The translations under genes and the position numbers were made by a program. From Candidatus Micrarchaeota archaeon (lineage in GTDB: Archaea; Micrarchaeota; Micrarchaeia; Norongarragalinales; SBBD01): a DNA stretch of 23,002 bases. Each line of letters opens with the position of its first letter. Positions within the stretch are counted from its first letter, which is position 1. The notes below the pieces were generated by a model. That model was given only the letters and a program-made list of their open reading frames with translations. It was not told where the DNA came from and did not search any database. Of the stretch, positions 8,481 to 15,416 are shown piece after piece. Location: positions 1 to 23,002 of the forward strand of contig JBDRLB010000056.1 of assembly GCA_043813365.1 (NCBI GenBank). Direction: 5' to 3'.

Positions 8481-9011
8481 ATGGCTTCTGAGGTAAAGTG
8501 GATCGGCGGGAAGAATCCGAGGCTGATTGTACCATATAGTTTATGTTCGCCACAGCTTCTTGATTTAGTAAGGGAATTCAAAGTTGAAGAGAGGGGCTCA
8601 GTAGCCAAGGGACTGCGGGGTCTTTCAAGATTGGCACTTAGATGGATTTGGCCTTCTGCCAGCAATAAGAAAAAATTATCGGCCGCAAAAACTAGAATGG
8701 CAGAAGGATTGGAACCATTGCTACAAAAATACATGGACGCAGCAATGGCAGTGGCATACGGGGCACGCGGAACATACATTCACACACATGAAACAGGTCA
8801 AATGCGCATTCATTGGGTTGAAAAGCCGACAATAAAATTATTTGAAAATGATGCTCCCCACTTAAGTAAAATTAGCCGATTCAACCAAGCATTAACAGAT
8901 ATAGTGTATGTGAATTTTGGAAGGCGGCGGGCCGTATTGTATTTGAAAAAACCACTAGGTTTCAATTTACCACCAGTTGAATTCAATAAAGTAGTGTTTG
9001 AATCCGAATAA
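8481..9011 (+). CDS. Hypothetical basic protein, AT-richer than its neighbours
   Basis: 176-aa ORF filling the space between lpdA and the convergent lplA stop. No family recognised. Confidence 0.65.
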   Translation: MASEVKWIGGKNPRLIVPYSLCSPQLLDLVREFKVEERGSVAKGLRGLSRLALRWIWPSASNKKKLSAAKTRMAEGLEPLLQKYMDAAMAVAYGARGTYIHTHETGQMRIHWVEKPTIKLFENDAPHLSKISRFNQALTDIVYVNFGRRRAVLYLKKPLGFNLPPVEFNKVVFESE

Positions 9012-9012
9012 A

Positions 9013-9759
9013 TCATCTCTGGAAATTCCACTCTTTCGTCTTGTATTTGGTTTCAGAAAGCTCCTTTCCGCGTATCAGCTCGAATTCCGTCCAGCTTCCG
9101 GGCTCGTATTCCCTTCCATTCACGAATGCGCGCTCAAGCGATTGGTAAAGGGCGTTCCTGTCCGTCAGCCCCAGCTTTTTTGCGCTTGTGACCCGCTCCT
9201 CAACTGTGGCAATCATCTTATCCGAAATTTTCTCCTGCGAAACTTTCAGGAGGGAGAACATTTTCCTCACGTCAACATCATACAGTACGGTGCCGTGCTG
9301 CAGCAGTACCCCCTGCCTCCGGGTTTGTGCATTCCCGGAGATTTTCTTCCCGTTAACGATGATATCATTGATCGGCTTGAATTCCGCCTTCAGTTTCAGC
9401 TCCGAAAGCGCATCTATGATGGGCTGGCAGATCACTTTATATGAGAGCAGAATGTCTTTCACGAAAAATGCCTCCGGAGCGATGATGCTATAGGTGATTT
9501 CGCCCTCCGTATCGTGGTAAACCGCACCGCCGCCGGTTCTCCTTCTGACTACATCAACCTGCTGCGATTTGCATTCCTCCAAATTCACCTCATCCAGTAT
9601 GGATTGATGGTAGCCTATTGAAACAGCCGAAGGGTCCCAGCCGTAAAATCTTATTGTGGAAGGCGCCTTGCCCTGCATAATAGCCTCGGAGCATGCCTCG
9701 TCAAGCGCCATGTTCATGAACGCGTCGTGCTTTTCAAAGGGGATGATGCGCCATTTCAT
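9013..9759 (-). CDS. lplA: Lipoate-protein ligase, catalytic subunit (LplA-N type)
   Basis: NMALDEA, RRRTGGGAVYHD, NDIIVNGKKISGNAQ and LQHGTVL. 248 aa with no fused accessory domain. Confidence 0.93.
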   Translation of the reverse strand: MKWRIIPFEKHDAFMNMALDEACSEAIMQGKAPSTIRFYGWDPSAVSIGYHQSILDEVNLEECKSQQVDVVRRRTGGGAVYHDTEGEITYSIIAPEAFFVKDILLSYKVICQPIIDALSELKLKAEFKPINDIIVNGKKISGNAQTRRQGVLLQHGTVLYDVDVRKMFSLLKVSQEKISDKMIATVEERVTSAKKLGLTDRNALYQSLERAFVNGREYEPGSWTEFELIRGKELSETKYKTKEWNFQR

Positions 9760-9783
9760 AAAAATTACCTAGAAGGTTATATT

Positions 9784-10137
9784 TCATACCGGCTTCAGGT
9801 TGGAAGCCTCCTTCCCGCCTTCTTTTATTTCCGCATTCCCTTTGGCCAGTCTAACAGCATCCGTGAATGCATTTGCAATTGACTCCGGGTTGATGCCTAT
9901 CATCTGAATTCCCTGTGAAACCGTCAAATTTCCTATTCTGCCGGCAATGCTCAGCATCGGCTGGTCAATTGGCGCGGTGAGCAGCGCCTTCTCAATGATC
10001 TGGAGCGAATCCTCCGGATGGATGAAGAAATCCCCCGAGAGCTTAACCGACTTAGCCCTCGCAAGGTCTTCCGTCAGCTCAAGCTCTAATCGCAGAAGCT
10101 TGCCTCCTTCGACCTTTGTTGTTATTTTGACAGCCAT
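9784..10137 (-). CDS. lplB: Lipoate-protein ligase accessory subunit (LplB / free C-terminal domain)
   Basis: KVEGGKLLRL...VKLSGDFFIHPED, with the GDFF motif of the LplA accessory domain. Lies 24 nt upstream of lplA. ATG 10137 preferred. Confidence 0.8.
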   Translation of the reverse strand: MAVKITTKVEGGKLLRLELELTEDLARAKSVKLSGDFFIHPEDSLQIIEKALLTAPIDQPMLSIAGRIGNLTVSQGIQMIGINPESIANAFTDAVRLAKGNAEIKEGGKEASNLKPV

Positions 10138-10166
10138 TAATACCACGCAAGCGGGAAATGAAGGGA

Positions 10167-10610
10167 TTACAAGGCACCCGCAGCCAATTTCGCCTCATCG
10201 ATTACTGATTTGAGGGGGACTTTCTTTGCATAGGCAGTGCGTTTGCATTCCTCGTATTCGGGAGTAATGGTCCGGATGCCGGATGATTCGCTGATTTTGA
10301 CTGAAATTTGCCCGAATTTGGTTTTTACCTTCGCGGTTTTACGGTTTAATTTTAGCCTTTCCATGCCAATAAACCGGATGCCGATAGTCGTCGACTCCTC
10401 GAAAATTATTTTTGCGAGTTTGTCCCGGTTCTTTTTTTTGCAAATCACGCTCAGTTTTATTGAGGGCCTTCCCTTCTTCATGATGATGTTCTGCAAATAT
10501 GCGTCGAGGGCGCCGTTTTCAAAGAGGCGTTCAAGCAGGTATTCGTAAATCTGGGGGTTGAGATCGTCTATGTTCGCCTCCATCAACAAAACACGGTCCT
10601 TTTCCATCAT
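10167..10610 (-). CDS. larC2: Nickel insertase LarC, C-terminal part (LarC2)
   Basis: EANIDDLNPQ, GALD, MKKGRP, ESTTIGIR and PEYEEC, matching the LarC C-terminal CTP-binding region. Confidence 0.9.
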   Translation of the reverse strand: MMEKDRVLLMEANIDDLNPQIYEYLLERLFENGALDAYLQNIIMKKGRPSIKLSVICKKKNRDKLAKIIFEESTTIGIRFIGMERLKLNRKTAKVKTKFGQISVKISESSGIRTITPEYEECKRTAYAKKVPLKSVIDEAKLAAGAL

Positions 10611-11326
10611 TTTTCACCGATAAGAACGTGCAGCACATTCGGCTGCTCGAAATCCTTGCTTCCGGCGCCGAACCCTTCGCCTATGCGGTTGAATTCGGGC
10701 TTCAGCCAGCTTTTGCAGTAATGTCTTACTATGGCCGCACCTGTTGGCGTGACCATTTCCCCACTTCCCATGGAATACGTCGGGATGCCTTTTAACAGTT
10801 CCCTTGCTGCCGGGGAGGGAATATCGAATTCCTTCCCGTGGAAAATGGCTTTTCCGCCTCCGATGTTCAGGGGAGAGCTGAAAATTTCGGAAATGTTCAT
10901 CGAATTTACCGCGATTGCTGCACCCGCAATATCAACAATCGAATCGATAGCGCCAATCTCGTGGAATTCCACATCATTTAGGGGGACTGCGTGTATCTTT
11001 GCCTCCGCTTTCCCGATCAGTTCGAAAATTCCAAGTGAATCGTCCTTGACTTGCCTTCCGAGGGGGCTCCTTTGGATGATTTTCACGATGTCGGAATATT
11101 TCCGATGGGAATGCGATTGATTTGTGCCCTCAGTCATTACAACATCCAATTTAGTAGCAGGCAGCCCTTTCTTATTTACTTTGCGCACCTGCAGGTCGTA
11201 TCCGTCAAGCCCCAGCTTTCCGAGTTCGGATTTGAGCTGCTGAAAATCCAGCCCTGCGCCAACCATCGCTCCGAGGAACATGTCGCCCGAAATGCCGGAG
11301 ATGCAGTCAAGAAAAAGTATCCGCAT
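10607..11326 (-). CDS. larC1: Nickel insertase LarC, N-terminal part (LarC1)
   Basis: MRILFLDCISGISGDMFLGA, short HSHR patch, AEAKIH, FHEIGAIDSIVDI, GEMVTPTGAA and GFGAGSKD...PNVL. Start at ATG 11326. Confidence 0.92.
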   Translation of the reverse strand: MRILFLDCISGISGDMFLGAMVGAGLDFQQLKSELGKLGLDGYDLQVRKVNKKGLPATKLDVVMTEGTNQSHSHRKYSDIVKIIQRSPLGRQVKDDSLGIFELIGKAEAKIHAVPLNDVEFHEIGAIDSIVDIAGAAIAVNSMNISEIFSSPLNIGGGKAIFHGKEFDIPSPAARELLKGIPTYSMGSGEMVTPTGAAIVRHYCKSWLKPEFNRIGEGFGAGSKDFEQPNVLHVLIGEK

Positions 11327-11347
11327 GAAAATCACAAAAAGGTAAAA

Positions 11348-12013
11348 TCACTTGTTTATCACGCTTGCAAAATAACCCGCCCCGAAGCCATTGTCGATGT
11401 TCACGACAACAATTCCGGGAGCGCATGAGTTGAGCATTGTGAGAAGCGGTGCAATGCCTTCAAAGTTGGCACCGTAACCGACTGAGGTGGGAACCGCAAT
11501 TACCGGCCTGTCAGTAAGGCCGCCAACAACGGATGCAAGAGCGCCCTCCATTCCCGCAACAACAATAATCACGTTGGCGGATTGCAACTTGTCGCTGTTC
11601 GAAAGGAGCCTATGCAAACCAGCCACCCCTACGTCAAACAGCCTTTCCACCTTGTTTCCCATCACTTCTGCTGTTATTGCAGCCTCCTCTGCAACGGGGA
11701 TGTCGGCAGTCCCTCCGGTAGCAATCAGAATCGTGCCCTTCTTTACGGGGAATTTTTGCTGGAGAAGGTAAATCACCTTTCCATGTTCGCTGTATTGCGC
11801 TTTTTTACATATTTTTTTTACAGCAGAATAGGCATCCTTTGATGCGCGGGTAGCAAGCACATTGTGCCCTTTCCTCATTAGCGAAACAAAAATCCGGACA
11901 ATCTGCTCCCTCGTTTTTCCCTTGCAGAAAATTACCTCCGGAAAGCCTTTCCGCTGCATCCGCTGGTGATCCACCTTCGAAAAGCCCAGATCCTCGTATT
12001 TGTGCCTCCTCAT
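11348..12013 (-). CDS. larB: NPN biosynthesis NaAD carboxylase/hydrolase LarB (PurE-like fold)
   Basis: DHQR...GFPEVIF, GTADIPVAEEA, DVGVAGLHRL, AGMEGAL, PTSVGYG, MLNSC and NIDNGFGA. Confidence 0.95.
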   Translation of the reverse strand: MRRHKYEDLGFSKVDHQRMQRKGFPEVIFCKGKTREQIVRIFVSLMRKGHNVLATRASKDAYSAVKKICKKAQYSEHGKVIYLLQQKFPVKKGTILIATGGTADIPVAEEAAITAEVMGNKVERLFDVGVAGLHRLLSNSDKLQSANVIIVVAGMEGALASVVGGLTDRPVIAVPTSVGYGANFEGIAPLLTMLNSCAPGIVVVNIDNGFGAGYFASVINK

Positions 12014-12828
12014 GCTTTTTCCCTCTCAATGATTTTTTCGTTCATCCTTCCGCTCTTGAAGCCCCTTAAATCAAGCTCAACAAATTCAAAGCCGAGGGTG
12101 CGGAAATAATTATTGATTTTTTCGGAATTGGAAGCAATTGTGCCCATTTCCCCGCTTTCAACTTCTACCCTTGCAGCCTTTTGAAGGTTACGGACGCGCA
12201 AATCGCCGGTTATTCCGATGGTGCGGAGGTATGCTTCCGCTTTATCTATTTTCCTGAGCCCTTCGAGTGTGATTTTCGTGCCATAGGGGAAGCGGGAGGA
12301 AAGGCAGGGAGTTGAAGGTTTGTTCCAATTTGGCAAATCCAGCTGCTTGGCGATCAGCCGCACCTCGATTTTCGTCAATCCGGCTTCCTTGAGGGGGGAA
12401 ATCACTTTGTGCTCGGAAGCGGCTTTAATTCCGGGCCTGTAATCACTTGAATCATCTGCGTTAAGACCATCCAGAATGCAGCGTATTTTCCGTTCGCCAG
12501 CAATTTTTCGCAGATCATCATACAATTCGGTCTTGCAGAAATAGCAGCGGTTGGTCGGATTGTTGAAATAATCGGGGTTTTCCATTTCCTGCGTGAATAT
12601 TATTTCGTGATTTGCTCCGATAAGCGCTGCGATCCTTTTTGCCTCCTCCAATTCGCTTTCAGGGAGGGAGGGCGAGGATGCGGTAATTGCTAGCGCGTTC
12701 TTCCCCAAAACATCCTTCGCGATTTTCAGCACGAGCGTGGAATCCACTCCGCCGGAATATGCGATGATTGCTTTCCCCATTTTTTCCATTTGAGAGCGCA
12801 TAAGCTCGAGCTTTATTCCGGTCTCCAT
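12010..12828 (-). CDS. larE: ATP-dependent sulfur insertase LarE (PP-loop), probably the [4Fe-4S] type
   Basis: AYSGGVDS PP-loop, NRCYFCK, DYRPG and PCLSSRFPYG. ATGA overlap with larB. Confidence 0.95.
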   Translation of the reverse strand: METGIKLELMRSQMEKMGKAIIAYSGGVDSTLVLKIAKDVLGKNALAITASSPSLPESELEEAKRIAALIGANHEIIFTQEMENPDYFNNPTNRCYFCKTELYDDLRKIAGERKIRCILDGLNADDSSDYRPGIKAASEHKVISPLKEAGLTKIEVRLIAKQLDLPNWNKPSTPCLSSRFPYGTKITLEGLRKIDKAEAYLRTIGITGDLRVRNLQKAARVEVESGEMGTIASNSEKINNYFRTLGFEFVELDLRGFKSGRMNEKIIEREKA

Positions 12829-12878
12829 ATCCCTCTTTGAAAATTAGGCGGCAAGAATACTAAAAGGTTTCTTATTTC

Positions 12879-13376
12879 TCATTTTTCCACAAGGCGCCTG
12901 CCGGCTGAGTCATGTTTGCCGGAGATCGAGAGGGATACGAGCTTGCCCTTCCTGTAGCCGTCAAATAACGCATCGTGCAGAATGGCGGAAGCAGCTGCAT
13001 AGGCTGCCTTGGGCTTCCTGTTTTTCATCAATGCATCCTGAAGGCGGCTGAAGTACGATTTTGCATGTGCTTCGGCCAATAGATCCTCGTACTTTTGCGG
13101 CCTGTGCCCCGAATCTGTTTCTCTTCTCTGGCGGAATTTCCTCCTTTCCAAAACGCGGCCTGTTAAACGATGCCTCCCTAGCTCGTAGCCATGCCCGTAT
13201 ATTCGCCGCACCATCAAATTAAAGGGCATCATATCGAAATTTAGTTTTTCCCGGAGTGAAGGATCGGAAAGGCCCTCAATATTGTCCATGAGCTCCCTCT
13301 TGTAGAAACTGATGAAGGCGGTCTTTAGCTGACCGCTTTTCCTTCTTCCAATATCAAATTCCCTGGGCTGCACCAC
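12879..13376 (-). CDS. Hypothetical Arg/Lys-rich protein upstream of larE
   Basis: 165-aa ORF with a GTG start and a TTTTTAG box about 25 nt upstream on the minus strand. No competing ORF in the track and no family recognised. Confidence 0.6.
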   Translation of the reverse strand: MVQPREFDIGRRKSGQLKTAFISFYKRELMDNIEGLSDPSLREKLNFDMMPFNLMVRRIYGHGYELGRHRLTGRVLERRKFRQRRETDSGHRPQKYEDLLAEAHAKSYFSRLQDALMKNRKPKAAYAAASAILHDALFDGYRKGKLVSLSISGKHDSAGRRLVEK

Positions 13377-13485
13377 GGTAAGTAAGTCGGCCTGCAGCCT
13401 AAAAAGTGTTGCTGTTGGTTCACGGATATAGGCGGCAGGTTACCCGTTTTTAGGTAAATTGGGAGTATTTAAGAGGTAAAATATA

Positions 13486-13526
13486 CCGAAAAGTATATAT
13501 ACTAGTTATCGGAGAATTTATATATC
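13486..13526 (+). promoter_or_regulatory. Tandem BRE/TATA promoter elements for gar1-tfb
   Basis: CCGAAAAG-TATATATA and GGAGAA-TTTATATAT, each a purine-rich BRE followed by a TATA box. Confidence 0.7.
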
Positions 13527-13581
13527 TAACTGATGTTTGCCGGCTATCGAACTGATAGACGGTCTCATCTCAGGTCAAAAA

Positions 13582-13803
13582 ATGAAATTCAAAGTGGTTT
13601 CTGTAAGCGAATATGGCAACCTAGTGCTGTCCAGCACGGAAAACAGGCCGGTCACGAACAAAGTGCCGGTTTTCCTTCAGGGGGAGAAAGTTGCTGAAAT
13701 CTATGATACGATTGGGAAGGTGGAGGCGCCGCTTTACCTCGCAAAGCCGAAGGGCGACGGGAAGGGATTGGTAGGGAAGGAATTGGACAATAAGAATATA
13801 TGA
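13582..13803 (+). CDS. gar1: Gar1/Naf1-family H/ACA ribonucleoprotein subunit
   Basis: 73-aa beta-rich protein with KVAEIYDTIGKVEAPLYLAKP, resembling the archaeal Gar1 pattern G.V.D.FGPV..PY..KP. Its position upstream of tfb is common in archaea. ATG 13582 preferred over TTG 13537. Confidence 0.72.
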   Translation: MKFKVVSVSEYGNLVLSSTENRPVTNKVPVFLQGEKVAEIYDTIGKVEAPLYLAKPKGDGKGLVGKELDNKNI

Positions 13804-13909
13804 AAAGAAATTGCATGAAAAAGTTTCTTTTGCGGCGCCATGCGCTTTTCTTTACAAAGAAAAGCAAGGCGAATATTCATTGGGATAGGCTTGCAGCTTT
13901 GAAAGCTGC
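13803..13909. repeat. Three tandem inverted repeats in the gar1-tfb spacer
   Basis: AAAAGAAA/TTTCTTTT (13803-10 / 13824-31); GCTTTTCTTT-AC-AAAGAAAAGC (13844-65); GCAGCTTT-G-AAAGCTGC (13893-909). Confidence 0.8.
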
Positions 13910-13939
13910 CATTACTGTTCCTTAATCAGGTGAGAAAAT

Positions 13940-14839
13940 ATGGAATGTCCGGAATGCCACAGCACGAAATTGAGGAAAGACCCTGGAAGGGGGGAGCTTA
14001 TTTGCGCTCATTGCGGCCTCGTCATTGAGGAATCGCTCATGCATGAAGGCCCCGAATGGAGGGCGTTTGATGCGGAGCAGAGAGCAAGCAGGGCAAGGAC
14101 TGGCGCGCCGTTGAAGTACATGTCTCCAAATAAGGGATTGGTCACTGAAATCGACCAGTACAACAGGGACATCAGGGGAGGCAAAATCCTTCCGTCACAG
14201 CAGGCACAGCTATACAGGATGAGAAAGTGGCACAAGAGGGCGAGCATCAGCAACAGCATTGAGAGAAACCTAGCGATCGCATTGACTGAAATGAACAGGG
14301 TGGCAGCGCATCTGGGGCTTGAGGAATCCATCAGGGAAAGCTCCGCCTTGCTTTACAGGAAGTGCGTAGAAAAGGGCTTGATTCGCGGAAGGCAAATTGA
14401 ATCGGTTGTTTCTGCTGTTATATACGCGATTTGCAGGCAGTATGGGATCCCGAGGACGCTGGATGAAATTGCCGTAATTGCAGAAATCCCAAAGAAGGAA
14501 ATTGGGAGAACCTATAGGCTGATCACGCAGGAACTGGAACTCAAGGTGCCTTTGACCAACCCTCGCTTCTACATAAGCAGGTTCGTGACCGCCCTGAGAT
14601 TGAGCGGCGAAACACAGCAGAAGGCAATTGAGATCCTGAACCAGGCGCTGAAGAAGGGGCTGATTTCCGGAAGGGGCCCGATGGGAGTCGCAGCTGCTGC
14701 GGTTTACATCGCAAGCGTCTCAACCGGGGAGAGAAGAACCCAGAAGGAGGTTGCGGATGTTGCCGGAGTGACGGAAGTCACCATAAGGAACAGGTACCGC
14801 GAGCTGAAGAAGGCGCTTGGACTGGATATTGCTATCTAA
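13940..14839 (+). CDS. tfb: Transcription initiation factor IIB (TFB)
   Basis: Zinc ribbon CPEC...CAHCG, B-reader GPEWRAF, two cyclin repeats, and HTH RTQKEVADVAGVTEVTIRNRYREL. SD AGGTGA. Confidence 0.98.
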   Translation: MECPECHSTKLRKDPGRGELICAHCGLVIEESLMHEGPEWRAFDAEQRASRARTGAPLKYMSPNKGLVTEIDQYNRDIRGGKILPSQQAQLYRMRKWHKRASISNSIERNLAIALTEMNRVAAHLGLEESIRESSALLYRKCVEKGLIRGRQIESVVSAVIYAICRQYGIPRTLDEIAVIAEIPKKEIGRTYRLITQELELKVPLTNPRFYISRFVTALRLSGETQQKAIEILNQALKKGLISGRGPMGVAAAAVYIASVSTGERRTQKEVADVAGVTEVTIRNRYRELKKALGLDIAI

Positions 14840-14847
14840 GCAATGCC

Positions 14848-14866
14848 TTTTTTTCTTTTATTTTTT
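14848..14866 (+). terminator. U-rich terminator after tfb
   Basis: TTTTTTTCTTTTATTTTTT begins 9 nt after the tfb stop and overlaps the end of the convergent ORF. Confidence 0.55.
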
Positions 14867-15355
14867 CTCCCTAATGAATTTTTCAAGATGTCCTATTGAT
14901 ATGGAGAGGGGCATTGTCTGCTTAAATCCGCCCCATATGAACCTTCTGATGAATCCCCTGCCTGTTTTCCGCAAATATCTCCAGCCTCTGGTGGTTTCCG
15001 GCATCAAATCTAGGATCGTCCCCCCAACTTTTTCCTTCAAACGCCGGGATGCAAGCAATTCGATCTCAGCCGCAAGTTTTTCCCCGCCTAATCTCCTTAT
15101 TTGGGGCGAATTGTCCGGGCCGAACGGAAAGAATACGAGCTGAAAATTGCGGTTTTTTTGATTGCATAGAAAATGGACGTTGCCTATTTGCCTTTCGGGC
15201 TCGCCGTTTAGGACCGCAGTCGCTTTATTGCTGGGAATGAAAAAACGCATTTCCTCCTGCCGAATTGGGCGGTTGACAGCCTTTACATGGAATAAGTGGG
15301 ATTGCTTGTTTATGGAATAATCCAATAGGAATCCTGCCTTCTGCTGCTTTTCCAT
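14858..15355 (-). CDS. Hypothetical basic protein (165 aa)
   Basis: 3' part of track ORF 14858..15697. ATG 15355 (MEKQQKAGF...) removes the overlap with the CYTH gene and sits just downstream of a TATA box. Confidence 0.6.
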   Translation of the reverse strand: MEKQQKAGFLLDYSINKQSHLFHVKAVNRPIRQEEMRFFIPSNKATAVLNGEPERQIGNVHFLCNQKNRNFQLVFFPFGPDNSPQIRRLGGEKLAAEIELLASRRLKEKVGGTILDLMPETTRGWRYLRKTGRGFIRRFIWGGFKQTMPLSISIGHLEKFIREKK

Positions 15356-15377
15356 GCAAACAAAGTGGGATCCAACG

Positions 15378-15386
15378 TTTAAATAT
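15378..15386. promoter_or_regulatory. Probable shared bidirectional TATA box
   Basis: TTTAAATAT lies in the 61-nt gap between divergent ATGs 15355 (-) and 15417 (+) and reads as a TATA box on both strands. Confidence 0.55.
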
Positions 15387-15416
15387 GGTCGCGGAGTAGT
15401 TATTCTGTGAGGGATT

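Noticed and set aside
8775..8800. IHTHE in the orphan as a JAB/MPN or other metalloenzyme motif
   Set aside because: The downstream Ser/Asp pattern of JAB domains is absent, and a lone HxH is insufficient.
10167..11326. larC as a pseudogene
   Set aside because: Both halves keep their conserved motifs, the break is at the known LarC1/LarC2 boundary, and larC2 has its own SD and ATG.
11348..12013. PurE (AIR carboxylase) annotation
   Set aside because: LarB-specific motifs (DVGVAG, PTSVGYG, GFPEV) and the larE/larC context identify it as LarB.
13803..13939. H/ACA guide RNA next to gar1
   Set aside because: I could not identify a K-turn/K-loop, a pseudouridylation pocket or a correctly placed 3' ACA box. 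Kept only as an unexplained structured spacer.
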